Positions 40,401-49,420 of a DNA stretch of 64,000 nt are shown here, in pieces. Source of the DNA: Candidatus Latescibacterota bacterium (lineage in GTDB: Bacteria > Latescibacterota > UBA2968 > UBA8231). A program made the translations under genes and the position numbers. Location: assembly GCA_964291625.2 (NCBI GenBank), contig OZ220089.1, forward strand, positions 192,001-256,000. Reading direction: 5' to 3'. The first letter of the stretch is position 1, and every line of letters starts with the position of its first letter. Under the pieces are notes generated by a model. It was not told the origin of the DNA. It made no database searches and was given only the letters and a program-made list of their open reading frames with translations.

Positions 40401-40646
40401 GAGGTCGAGGCCGGCGCCTTCCCGCCGGTGCCCGCGGGCTGGGAGCGGACCTTCCTGCTCTACGCCGACGGCTTCGGCAAGGACATGGACTTCCACTCCG
40501 CCCACTCCCTCACCGTCGAGCCCCTGCCCTTCCACGGCATGTCCCGTTATCCCTACGGCCCGGACGAGACCTACCCCGCCACGCCGGAGCACGCGCGCTA
40601 CGTGCTCGACTACAACACGAGATGGGTGAAGGGCTACTACCGCTAG
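37446..40646 (+). CDS. Lipoprotein with TPR repeats, FG-GAP/VCBS repeats and an ASPIC/UnbV (CRTAC1-like) domain
   Basis: Lipobox AGLGC; TPRs; repeated DxDxDGDxD; NWLAVDLSG..NPDGFGAKV..LHFGL; C-terminal SCPVLYAWDG domain. Confidence 0.85.
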   Translation: MGKKSVKALGAACIALAAGLGCGGEGGSALPPQARWHNNQGVVYMDQHNYVRGREHFEEAARLAPGYATARANLGIALYSLGKYDSARVALGRALERDGGHLHALYTLGLIDHAQGRDYAAALDRFRRVAARDGEDPLVWYFLGRTHAKVGQADSAVAAYERAIALDPTHLSAHYALAQELRQQGDLEAWRRTLTRFDQLSRAGVEGVSSAYQGQGKYAEALAEGRFGVGGAGSAGGLSFRAASDLAAGEGPLLFLTPVDADGDGGADVVAGTGRGPLLLANGDDGLMAGAAWDFEGVPAARGLAFADVDDDGDADAAWSGDGLRLLLQDEGGRFRLSDESLAPAPATVLFGDVDHDGDADLVAAGPDLVLWANDGTGSFADATAAADLAVPGVETAVLSDFDDDRDVDILAGGRSLGLYGNNRDGTFTDVAGRRGLQAGGVTGLAVADLVPDGRMDVLVVTAGGARLHANRGTAFEAVPVPAPDGARQALPADFDNDGDLDLLWVGPQGARPAVGNGPDFQPTGADLGPGPWAILDADSDGRLDVLAGRKRWLNDSDAGNWLAVDLSGRNSNPDGFGAKVVVSTALGQQKRELRGGAGDPPVLHFGLAGADSVEFVSVLWPSGVRQTELATSAGRRLALMELDRKGTSCPVLYAWDGSGFGFVSDFLGGAIIGYLTAPGQYYTPDTDEYLPLRRLQARDGSYVLQVANQLEEIVYLDAAELVAVDHPAGLRLEPNERLLSAPPYPPFRTYALSRTRPLASARDGEGRDARAELARVDDIWYEGFARSDIHGYAGESTLILDLGDLSDWPHPVLLAHGWVDYAHSSSNWAAAQRGLGLSPPRLEVDHGDGWRQVTADMGTPAGLPKGMLVDLDGLFPAGTERARLRITTRACVYWDQFLLGLAEPEAPRRVHRRRFEADLHWRGYPAHESVRGTFAFRYHYDRLRTEAPWGTHAGAFTRHGDVTELVAAVDDRFAILRHGDELTLEVEAGAFPPVPAGWERTFLLYADGFGKDMDFHSAHSLTVEPLPFHGMSRYPYGPDETYPATPEHARYVLDYNTRWVKGYYR

Positions 40647-40659
40647 GGGAGTTCCGCGG

Positions 40660-42855
40660 ATGAGCCCCCTGCCCCCGGTCCTGGCGCGTCTCCCGAGGCC
40701 GTCCGTGCAGGGCCTCCGCTGGATCGCCGCCGCGTGCCTGGCCTGCCTGTTCCTCTACGCGGCGGGCTTCGGCGCGGTCTACCTCCTGTTCAGCGACAAC
40801 CTGCCCGACATCGACGAGCTGGAGACCTTCCAGCCCAAGCGGGTCACCCGCGTCTACTCGGCCGACGGCCGCCACCTCTACGACTTCAAGCTGGAGAACC
40901 GCGAGCTGATCCGCAGCTTCGACGAGATCCCCGCGGCGATGAAGGACGCTCTGATCTCGGTCGAGGACCGCCGCTTCTTCAGCCACTGGGGCATCGACCT
41001 GCACCGCATCCTCGGGGCCGTCCTGGAAAACGTGAAGCGCAGGGACCCCACCGCCCAGGGGGCCAGCACCCTCACCCAGCAGCTGGCCCGCAACCTCTAC
41101 CGGAAGGTCGGCACGCAGCGCTCGTCGGAGTCCGTCGGGGACCTCCTCGCCACCTACGCCCGCAAGATCCGCGAGCAGATCACCGCGGTCCACGTGGAGC
41201 GGCTCTACACCAAGCGCGAGATCCTGGTGATGTACCTCAACACCGTGTTCTTCGGTTACGACGCCTATGGTCTGAAGTCGGCGGCGCGACTGTACTTCGA
41301 CAAGGAGGCCGGCGAGCTGGAGGTGGAGGAGTGCGCCATGCTCGCGGGCCTGCTGAAGGCGCCCAACAGCTACAGCCCCTTCAACCATCCGGAGAAGGCC
41401 CTCAAGCGCCGCAATCTCGTGCTGGAGGAAATGGTCAAGGCGGGGAAGCTGGAGGCCGAGGAGGCCGCGCGCCTGTCGCGCGAGCCGGCCCGCATCCGCC
41501 GCGGGCGCCGCTCCGAGACCTACGGGCTGGCCCCCTACTTCGTGGAGTTCGTGCGCCAGCAGCTGGACGCCGAGCACGGCGGCAAGCTCTACCGGGAGGG
41601 CTACTCGGTGCACACCACCCTCGACGCGGGCCTGCAACGCATCGCCGAGGAGCACTTCAACACCCAGATCGCCGCGGTCCAGGCCGAGGTCGACGCCTGG
41701 GTGTCGCGGCAGCACCCGGCACACCGTCCCGACAGCGACAGGGCCGTCGTGCAGGGCGCCTTCGTCGCCATCGATCCGGCCAGCGGCGACATCCTGGCGA
41801 TGATCGGAGGCCGGGACTTCTCGGAGAGCAAGTTCAACCGGGCCCACCAGGCCCTGCGCCAGGCGGGCTCTGCCTTCAAGCCCTTCGTCTACACCGCTGC
41901 GATCGACAACAACCGATTCCCCATCGATGTCTACGACGACAACTCCATCGTCGTCGAGGAATGGGACGGCACCATCTGGACCCCCGAGAACTACGATCAC
42001 AAGTTCAAGGGCCCCGTCACCCTCCGGCAGGGCCTCAAGGAGTCGCGCAACATCATCGCCCTGAAGCTGGCCCAGGACCTCGGCCCCGACCGGGTGGCCC
42101 AGTACGCCGAGACCATGGGCATCAGCACGCCGATCAACCCTTACTACGCCATCGGCATCGGCTCGAGCGACGTCAGGCTTCTGGAGATGGTGGCGGCCTA
42201 CGCGGTCTTTCCCAACCGCGGGATCTACGTCAGGCCGGTCCCCGTGTCCCGGATCGAGGACTCCGAGGGCAGCCTCATCTACCAGTCGAGCCCGGAGCGG
42301 CACGCGGTGCTGCGTCCGGCCGTGGCCGTGGTCATGACCGACCTGATGCGCTCGGTCATGGACGAGTTCGGCGGCACCGGCCGCTCGACGCGCTTCCGGC
42401 ACGGCTTCCGCTGGGCCGCCGCGGGCAAGACGGGGACCACCAACGACTACCGGGACGCCTGGTTCATCGGCTTCACCCCCCACCTGGTGGCCGGCGTCTG
42501 GGTCGGTGTCGACGATCCAAGCATCGGACTGGCCTCACAGGCCGGCGCCGCCGCCGCCCTGCCGGTCTGGGCCCGCTTCATGAAGCAGGTCTACGACGAG
42601 GTCGAGCCCTACCGCGGGCGCCGCCGCGACCGGTTCGAGTTCCCGGAGGCGTTGGTGGAATACCGCTCCGTGTGCATGGACACGTACAAACTGGCGACGC
42701 GCTACTGTCCGAACCAATCGAAGGAGCGGGACCCCAACGTGATCAGACGCCAGGAGGAGGACTCGGAGATCTTCATCCGCGGCGGCGCCATGCCGGAACC
42801 CTGCCCCCGCCACGGCGTCGACGACTCGGGCGGACGGCGGCGGCGGCGGTTCTGA
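40660..42855 (+). CDS. Class A penicillin-binding protein (PBP1A family)
   Basis: EDRRFFSHWGID, GASTLTQQLARN, RKIRE, SAFK, SRN, GKTGTTND. Confidence 0.95.
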   Translation: MSPLPPVLARLPRPSVQGLRWIAAACLACLFLYAAGFGAVYLLFSDNLPDIDELETFQPKRVTRVYSADGRHLYDFKLENRELIRSFDEIPAAMKDALISVEDRRFFSHWGIDLHRILGAVLENVKRRDPTAQGASTLTQQLARNLYRKVGTQRSSESVGDLLATYARKIREQITAVHVERLYTKREILVMYLNTVFFGYDAYGLKSAARLYFDKEAGELEVEECAMLAGLLKAPNSYSPFNHPEKALKRRNLVLEEMVKAGKLEAEEAARLSREPARIRRGRRSETYGLAPYFVEFVRQQLDAEHGGKLYREGYSVHTTLDAGLQRIAEEHFNTQIAAVQAEVDAWVSRQHPAHRPDSDRAVVQGAFVAIDPASGDILAMIGGRDFSESKFNRAHQALRQAGSAFKPFVYTAAIDNNRFPIDVYDDNSIVVEEWDGTIWTPENYDHKFKGPVTLRQGLKESRNIIALKLAQDLGPDRVAQYAETMGISTPINPYYAIGIGSSDVRLLEMVAAYAVFPNRGIYVRPVPVSRIEDSEGSLIYQSSPERHAVLRPAVAVVMTDLMRSVMDEFGGTGRSTRFRHGFRWAAAGKTGTTNDYRDAWFIGFTPHLVAGVWVGVDDPSIGLASQAGAAAALPVWARFMKQVYDEVEPYRGRRRDRFEFPEALVEYRSVCMDTYKLATRYCPNQSKERDPNVIRRQEEDSEIFIRGGAMPEPCPRHGVDDSGGRRRRRF

Positions 42856-42865
42856 GCCGAGGGGG

Positions 42866-44572
42866 TCAGGGAGCGAAGAAGATGAACAGCAGGCCGCCCA
42901 CGATCGCCCCGGACAGGCCGAGTTCCAGGTAGCGGTGGTCCGGCTCGATCCGTGACTGGGGGAATCCATCGCCGGAGCTCAGCCAGCCGGCCGGATGCGA
43001 GACGGCCGGATCCCTGATGCGGCCCTCCAGCCGATGGACCCACAGCACCCGCTCGCCGGCGTCCTCGAGGCGCAGGTAGACGACGGCGCGGGCCTCGCGC
43101 TCCAGGGCGCCCCCGAAGGGTCCGAGGGACAGTCCCCCCGAGCTGTAGACGACGCGGGCGTCGGCGACGCGGTAGCGCAGCACGTGGCGGGCGCCGTCGG
43201 TCAGCACGCGCACCCCCCGACTCAGCAGGCCCCTTGTCAGGAGGCCTTCCACGACCCAGTCGGCATCGTCCTCCTCGGCGCTGATCAGACTCACCGTGGC
43301 GCCCCGGGCCAAGGGGATGTCGTCGAGGACGCTCTCCAACTCGGCGGCCAGTCCCCGGTCGACGAGTTCCAGGTCGGTGACCTCCCCCCGCGGCCCTCCC
43401 CCGGGCCCGTCCGGGGCCGAGACCCGCACCACCGAGAAACCGAGGTCGACGGAGCCCTCGCGGCCCGGAGGCCGGAAGGCCCCGGTCCAGGCGAAGGGTC
43501 CGGTGCCGGTTGGGGTCAGGTCCAGCTCCACCGACCGGTCCTGCCCCGCACCCAGCTCTCCGGGCCCGGGAACCCGCACCTCCACGGCGTCCTCCTCGAG
43601 GTCGACCTGCGCCCCGGCAACCGCGGCAGCGGCCTCTTGGGCCTCGAAGCCGCCCGAGGCCCGGGCGCCGAGCTCCTCGTAGGGGATCGCCGCGGGGCCC
43701 GGATTCGACCACACCAGCCTCAGCCGGAGGGGTTCGCCCCGCACCGCGCCACCCTCGGCCACCCGCACCTCGAATTCGGGCACCGGCCGCACCCCCAGGG
43801 GCGACACCGCCACCGGCGAGGCCCGGAGTCCGCCGCCCTCGGCGCGGATCACCAGGGGCAGGCCGCCGGCCGCGTCCGGCGCCAGACGGACCTGCCAGCG
43901 GTGCTCCGAGGCCTCTCCCGCCCCGACCGGCGGCCCCGGGTCGGCCTCGGCGGCGGTGAGGCCCGCCGGCCAGTCCACCGCCACCGCTTCGACGGCGCGC
44001 TCGTCTTCGTTGGTCACGGCCAGGACCAGCTCCACATCCTCGCCGGGGTAGGCCTCCAGCGGGCTCAGGGCAGCGCGCAGACGCAGGGGCGGCACGACGG
44101 TCAGCACCGCCCGCGCGCGGTGGGCCTCCTCCCCCGGGGTGTCTACGTTGGAGGACAGGGTCGCCTCCACCGGGATCTGCCCGGTCGAGGCGGCGCGCAG
44201 GACCACCGTGAGGGTGTCGGTGGACCTCTCGCCGACAGGATGCCCGGTGTAGTCGAGGTCGACGCGGCCGTGCGCGAACCCGGCGCGCCCCAGGGCGCAG
44301 ACGGCGGATTCGACCTGCACGCTCTCGTGAGGGAAGGAGACCGCCGCTCCGATGATCGCCTCCCCGTCCCCGGGGAAGAGGTCGAGGACAAGCTCCGCCT
44401 GCTGCTCGAGTCCGGGGCCGGCCACCGGGGCCTGGAACCTGGCCGTCAGGCTCGACCGGGCCTCGGCCGCGCAGGCCGCCGCGGCGAGGATCAGGAGAAT
44501 GGAAACGCCCGTCCCGCGGGCCCTGGGAAGGGCCGCGAGAGGGCCTTGGAGGTATGTGTGCAATTCGCCCAA
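42866..44572 (-). CDS. Hypothetical exported beta-rich protein with C-terminal membrane anchor
   Basis: N-terminal hydrophobic segment, Ig-like strand patterns, C-terminal LGLSGAIVGGLLFIFF. Confidence 0.6.
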   Translation of the reverse strand: MGELHTYLQGPLAALPRARGTGVSILLILAAAACAAEARSSLTARFQAPVAGPGLEQQAELVLDLFPGDGEAIIGAAVSFPHESVQVESAVCALGRAGFAHGRVDLDYTGHPVGERSTDTLTVVLRAASTGQIPVEATLSSNVDTPGEEAHRARAVLTVVPPLRLRAALSPLEAYPGEDVELVLAVTNEDERAVEAVAVDWPAGLTAAEADPGPPVGAGEASEHRWQVRLAPDAAGGLPLVIRAEGGGLRASPVAVSPLGVRPVPEFEVRVAEGGAVRGEPLRLRLVWSNPGPAAIPYEELGARASGGFEAQEAAAAVAGAQVDLEEDAVEVRVPGPGELGAGQDRSVELDLTPTGTGPFAWTGAFRPPGREGSVDLGFSVVRVSAPDGPGGGPRGEVTDLELVDRGLAAELESVLDDIPLARGATVSLISAEEDDADWVVEGLLTRGLLSRGVRVLTDGARHVLRYRVADARVVYSSGGLSLGPFGGALEREARAVVYLRLEDAGERVLWVHRLEGRIRDPAVSHPAGWLSSGDGFPQSRIEPDHRYLELGLSGAIVGGLLFIFFAP

Positions 44573-44660
44573 CCTGCTTTTCCTGCTTGTACTTGCGGAG
44601 ATCGGTAGAGTTACGGGCGTGGTTCGCGGCTGTCAAGACACGGGGGCCGCAGGGATCACC

Positions 44661-44688
44661 TTGACGCCTCCCCGGATGGGGGTAGCTT
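44661..44688 (+). promoter_or_regulatory. Putative sigma70 promoter
   Basis: TTGACG-16 nt-TAGCTT. Confidence 0.45.
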
Positions 44689-44770
44689 CTCGCATGAGGA
44701 CTGAGGAACTCTCGCCGAGGTTCCGCGTTGCCGCTCCCGGGGGTGAGCCGTCATCTGGCCGGATCTCCTG

Positions 44771-45481
44771 ATGCTGTTGGCGGCCGGGCTCGCACTGGCC
44801 GCCATCGCCTTTCTGCTGCTCCCGGTCGTGGTCGCCGTCACCGGCGCGCGGCGGCGCGAGGACGGCGGTTTCGACATGAGCGCCCAGGCGGCGGTGTGGG
44901 CCGGGTTGCTCGGTGTCCGACTGCGTCGGCGCGATCCCTCGTGGGAGCTGGTGACCACCCTCGCCGGGCGTGCCGTCGGCCCGGGGATGCGGCTGGGGCA
45001 AGCGGAGGTCCAGGCCGGGGCGGCATGCCTCCCCGCCGCCGAAGCCCCGGCGGCTCCCGACGGCGCCGGAGGGCGAGGGCCGCGGATCGCCGCAGCCGGC
45101 CTCCGCGAGCGCCTCCGGTCCCAGTCCCCCCTCGCCAGGCCGGCGCTACGCCTGGTGCGCTCCCTGCCCGGCGCCTTCCGCCTTCGCCGGATGCGCCTGG
45201 ACGGCGTCGTCGGCCTTGCCGACCCCGAGGCCACGGGCCGGCTCTTCGGCCTCGTCCATGCCCTCGCGCCGGCGGCGCCGGAGAGAGTGGCCCTGACCCT
45301 CACCCCCGACTTCACCCACCCCTGTATCCACGGCCGCGCCGAACTCCGACTGCACCTCCGGCTGGCGCGGCTGCTCTACATGGCCGCACGCTTCGGCCTC
45401 GCCACCGGACGGGTCCGGGCAGCGGCCCGGCTGCGGTCCTGGCTGGCGGCCCGGGGCGCCGGACGGAAAGGCAACCGATGA
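44771..45481 (+). CDS. DUF2953/YtfI-like protein
   Basis: N-terminal TM; VGLADPEATGRLFG..LTPDF; directly upstream of a ytfJ-like gene. Confidence 0.7.
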   Translation: MLLAAGLALAAIAFLLLPVVVAVTGARRREDGGFDMSAQAAVWAGLLGVRLRRRDPSWELVTTLAGRAVGPGMRLGQAEVQAGAACLPAAEAPAAPDGAGGRGPRIAAAGLRERLRSQSPLARPALRLVRSLPGAFRLRRMRLDGVVGLADPEATGRLFGLVHALAPAAPERVALTLTPDFTHPCIHGRAELRLHLRLARLLYMAARFGLATGRVRAAARLRSWLAARGAGRKGNR

Positions 45482-45879
45482 CATCCTCCGTGGAGGCCCT
45501 GATCGAGCGGGTCCTGGGAGAGCTGCACACCATCGTCCAGACCCGCACCGTCGTCGGTGAGCCGGTCACGGCCGGGGACGTAACCCTGATCCCGGTCTCC
45601 AGGATCTCCCTGGGATTCGGCGCCGGAGGCGGCCAGGAGGGCAGCGGCAGGAGCGGCACCGGCGGCGGCGCCTCGGTGGAGCCCATCGCTTTCGTCGTCA
45701 TCGACGCCAGGGGCAAGGTGCAGGTCCTGACGCTGAAGGAGAAGGAGGTCAGCTGGGGCCAGCTCGTGGAGCTGGTGCCCGAAGCCGTCTCCAAGGTCCG
45801 GGATTTCGTCGAGCGCCGCCGCGGCCAGGACGAGGAAGAAGGGGGGGAGGACGACGTGGACGAGGCGAAGGACCGCTGA
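45478..45879 (+). CDS. YtfJ/GerW family protein
   Basis: TVVGEPV..TLIPVSRISLGFGAGGG, GGGASVEPIAFVVI; ATG overlaps upstream TGA. Confidence 0.88.
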   Translation: MTSSVEALIERVLGELHTIVQTRTVVGEPVTAGDVTLIPVSRISLGFGAGGGQEGSGRSGTGGGASVEPIAFVVIDARGKVQVLTLKEKEVSWGQLVELVPEAVSKVRDFVERRRGQDEEEGGEDDVDEAKDR

Positions 45880-45908
45880 TACGCCCTGCAGGGCCTGGCC
45901 CTCGACAG

Positions 45909-46415
45909 CTACCGGGCGTCCCGGGGAAAGAGGCGGAAGCGGCCGTCGAGGAGCAGATGGGTGTACCAGCCGGCCAGGGTCGCCCCCAGCAGCACGAGGT
46001 CGGCGGGCGGGATCGAGGCGCCGCCGCTCGCCCACGCCGACGCCAGGTCCCCTCGCCACCACAGGCATCCCGCCCCCAGCGCGCCGGTGACGAGGACGGG
46101 CGTCAGGCGACCGTGAGTCCAGCCGCGGTGGTGGTCGACGAGGGGCAGCGTCGAGAGCACGGCCAGGAGGGTTGCCATCTGCCAGAGGCCGTTCCACGCC
46201 AGCCACAGCAACGCCGCCAGCACCCCCCGGTAGAACCACCGCCGCGGCAGCGAATCGGTGTCGACATCCGGAAAGAGGGCGAAGAACAGGGTGGTTGCGA
46301 AGACCGCCCACCACACCGGATCCGCGGCGCCGGGGATGGCGCCGGCGGCCCCCGCCGCCCCGGCCACGGCGGCGCCGGCGAGGCAGCCCCCGGCCAGGTG
46401 CCCGGCCGCCTTCAC
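45909..46415 (-). CDS. Membrane metal-dependent hydrolase (YdjM-like)
   Basis: GH..GG, FPDVDTDS, HRGWTH, GWYTHLLLD; GTG overlaps rlmN stop. Confidence 0.8.
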   Translation of the reverse strand: MKAAGHLAGGCLAGAAVAGAAGAAGAIPGAADPVWWAVFATTLFFALFPDVDTDSLPRRWFYRGVLAALLWLAWNGLWQMATLLAVLSTLPLVDHHRGWTHGRLTPVLVTGALGAGCLWWRGDLASAWASGGASIPPADLVLLGATLAGWYTHLLLDGRFRLFPRDAR

Positions 46416-47490
46416 GCGGGGCGGCGGTAGAGCTGCCCGCAGGCCGCGTCGATGTCGCGGCCCCGGCTCTCCCGCAGGCGGACGGTCCGCTTCGTCCGCG
46501 ATTCCAGGCGGCGCCGGAAGGCCTCGATCCGCTTCCTCCCGGGCCTGTGAAAGACCGGCGCCTCCGGGTCCCCGGGGGCCAGCTCGTTGTAGGGGATCAG
46601 GTTGATCTTGCAGGGCACCTCGGCCGTCAGCTCCGCCAGGCGCACGGCGTCTTCCTCGGTGTCGGTGACGCCGCGCAACAGCACGTACTCGAAGGTGACC
46701 CTGCGGCCCTGCCGGTCGAAGTAGTAGCGCGCCGCCTCCAGCAGGTCGGCGATGTTCCACTTGCGGTTGATCGGCATCAGCCCCTCGCGGACCTCGTCGG
46801 TGGTGGCGTTGAGGGAGATCGCCAGGCCGACGTTGAGGTTGTCCTCGGCCAGCCGGCGGATCCCCGGCAGGTACCCCGCCGTGGAGACGGTGATGCGCCG
46901 GCCACCGACGGAGGCGCCCCCGGGCCGCTGGATCAGCCTCAGGGCGGTGGTCACGGCGTCGTAGTTCAGCAGGGGTTCCCCCATGCCCATCATGACGACG
47001 TTGGTGATCCGGCCGAGGCCTTCGGCGGCGGCGGAGGCGTGGACCTGCAGGAGCTGGTCCACGATCTGCGCCGCCGTCAGGTTGCGGACGAAACCCATGC
47101 GCCCCGTGGCGCAGAAACTGCAGTCGAGGGGGCAGCCCACCTGGGAGGACAGGCAGAGAGTGCGGCGCCGGCCGTCGAGGATGAGGACCGACTCGAACTG
47201 GGCCCCCCGCCATCGCCGAAGATGAACTTCACCGCCATCCCCGTACCCGAATCGCGGCGCTCCAGGAGCTGCAGGCGGGTCACGCGGGCCCCGGCCTCGG
47301 CCAGGGACCGGCGCAGGCGGAGGGGCAGGTCGGACATCGACTCCAGGCGGGTCTCCCCGCGCCCGTGGACCCAGGCGAAGAGCTGGTCTCCCCGGTAGGC
47401 GGGCTCCCCCATCTCCACGGCCAGTTGCCGCAGCTGCTCCGGGAGCAGGCCCTTGAGATCGAGGGCCTCCGCGGGCCGGGAAAGAGTCAT
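46412..47490 (-). CDS. rlmN: Dual-specificity RNA methyltransferase RlmN (radical SAM), with frameshift in a G6 run near 47205
   Basis: CLSSQVGCPLDCSFCATG, MGMGEP, FEYVLL, INLIPYN, DIDAACGQL; N-terminal part (YRGDQLFAWV) lies in another frame. Confidence 0.92.
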
Positions 47491-47536
47491 ACCGAGACCA
47501 CGGGAGGGAGGGCGGAAAACCGGTGGCTGAGGTGGC

Positions 47537-47588
47537 TTGACGGACCCATGGCGCCTGGTTAGCATAGGGGGCACCCCCATATGGTCAA
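47537..47588. promoter_or_regulatory. Bidirectional promoter with shared -10 element
   Basis: Plus TTGACG-17-TAGCAT (47560-65); minus TTGACC-16-TATGCT (47561-66). Confidence 0.6.
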
Positions 47589-47630
47589 GCGCGGCCCCCT
47601 TCCGCGTCTTCTCCCGACTACTGGAGTCGC

Positions 47631-48935
47631 ATGAGCCTGCCGCCGCGTTCTTCCGTGGGGTTCTGGGGTTTCCTCACCGCTCTCACCGCCCTGACTTTCG
47701 TGCGCATCGACCTTCATGCGCGCCCCTCCGCCGTCTCCGGGCCCGGCGAGGGCTTGGCCGTGGTGCAGGCGGCCGTCGCCCCCGTCGCGGTCAGTCTCGC
47801 GGCGCCCAAGCCGCACCGGCACGTCATCGCCGACACCCTGGGGCCGGACGAATCGATCTACCTGGCCCTCAAGCGGCACCGCGTCTCCGACCTGCAGATC
47901 ACCCTCCTGAGTACCGCCTTGTCCCCGGTCCTCCAGGTGCGCAAAGACCCGAAGCCGGGCGACTTCTTCCGGCTGGAGCTGGACAGCCTGCACGCCGTGG
48001 CCCGCTTCGAGTACACCCCGGTGAAGGCGCCGGACAGGCCCGTGCTGGTGGAGCGCCAGGCGGAAGAACTGGTCGCCCGGCGGTGGCAGCGCCCGGTGAC
48101 GGAGACCATCGAGACCCTCCGGGTCTTCATCGAGGACAACCTGTTCAACGCCATCGCTGCCACCGGGGAGAACGACGCCCTCACCGACTTGGTGGTGGAC
48201 GACGTCTTCGGCTCGGTCCTCGACTTCCACACGGTTCCCCGCCACGGCGACCGCCTCGGCCTGGTCTTCACGCGCGAGTCGGTGGACGGCCGGTTCCTGC
48301 GCTACGGGAAGATCCTCATGGCCCTCTACGAGGGCGAGTCCTTCTCCCGCGTCGGCGTCTACTACGAGGACCCCGCCGGCGGCGGCAACTACTACGACGA
48401 ATCCGGCGAGTCCCTCGAGCGCATGTTCCTCCTCAAGCCCATGTCCTTCCGGCGAATCAGCTCGCCCTTCTCGCGCCGCCGCTTCCACCCCATCCTCAAG
48501 CGCCACCAGCCCCACCTCGGCACCGACTACGCCGCCGCCCCCGGCACGCCCGTCTGGTCAACGGCCCACGGCGTGGTGACCCATGCGGGCTGGAACGGCG
48601 GCTACGGCAAGATGGTCGAGATCAAGCACGCCAACGGCTACAGGACGCGCTACGCCCACCTGAGCCGCATCCTGGTGCGCAAGGGGCAGCGGGTGAGCAA
48701 GTCGGACCACGTGGGCCACGTGGGCGCCACTGGCCGAGCCACCGGGCCCCACCTCCACTACGAGCTCATCCAGAACGGGCGTCACATCAACCCGTCGAGC
48801 GTCAACGGCGGCGACGGGCGTCCCCTGGCCGCCGAGTACCGGCCCGCCTTCCGGAAGCACTACCGAACCCTTCGGGAGCGTCTCGACAAGGCCGCCGGCG
48901 CCATGGGGCCCCTCCTGGCCGCCAAGGGTCCTTGA
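47631..48935 (+). CDS. M23 family peptidoglycan DD-endopeptidase (MepM-like)
   Basis: RISSPF..RFHPILK, HLGTDYAA, GYGKMVEIKH, YAHLS, TGPHLHYE. Confidence 0.93.
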   Translation: MSLPPRSSVGFWGFLTALTALTFVRIDLHARPSAVSGPGEGLAVVQAAVAPVAVSLAAPKPHRHVIADTLGPDESIYLALKRHRVSDLQITLLSTALSPVLQVRKDPKPGDFFRLELDSLHAVARFEYTPVKAPDRPVLVERQAEELVARRWQRPVTETIETLRVFIEDNLFNAIAATGENDALTDLVVDDVFGSVLDFHTVPRHGDRLGLVFTRESVDGRFLRYGKILMALYEGESFSRVGVYYEDPAGGGNYYDESGESLERMFLLKPMSFRRISSPFSRRRFHPILKRHQPHLGTDYAAAPGTPVWSTAHGVVTHAGWNGGYGKMVEIKHANGYRTRYAHLSRILVRKGQRVSKSDHVGHVGATGRATGPHLHYELIQNGRHINPSSVNGGDGRPLAAEYRPAFRKHYRTLRERLDKAAGAMGPLLAAKGP

Positions 48936-49009
48936 CAGCCGGGGGAGGGGCCCTTGACTTTCGCCCTCCGACCTCCCCGCCGCACTGCAACGCCGGGACC
49001 CGACTCCAA

Positions 49010-49420
49010 GTGGACCAGGACTTCGACAAGCTGGAAGAGCTGGTCGACCGGGACCGCCGCTACAAGCAGGCCGCCTACCTCTTCGTGCACGACGCCCTGC
49101 AGCACACCGTGGAGAAGCTCGGCAAGGCCGATCTGCCCCGCGACCAGCGGAACGTATCCGGACGCGACCTGGCCTTCGGCATCAGCGAGCACGCCCTGGA
49201 CCGTTTCGGGCCCCTCGCCCGCTCCGTCTTCGAGCACTGGGGCATCCGCAAGACCCGCGACTTCGGAGAGATCGTCTTCAACCTGGTGGAGATCCAGAGT
49301 CTGAGGACCACCGAGGACGACCGCATCGAGGACTTCGACGATGTCTTCGACCTCGACGAGGAACTGGACTGGAAGCGCCGGCGGGCGGAGTTCCGCCGCC
49401 CACGGACCTCCGGCACGTGA
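49010..49420 (+). CDS. Minf_1886-like conserved hypothetical protein
   Basis: DRRY..AAYLFV.DAL, VSGRDL, FGPLARSVFEHWGI..TRDFGEIVFNLV, DRIEDF; GTG start inferred. Confidence 0.8.
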   Translation: MDQDFDKLEELVDRDRRYKQAAYLFVHDALQHTVEKLGKADLPRDQRNVSGRDLAFGISEHALDRFGPLARSVFEHWGIRKTRDFGEIVFNLVEIQSLRTTEDDRIEDFDDVFDLDEELDWKRRRAEFRRPRTSGT

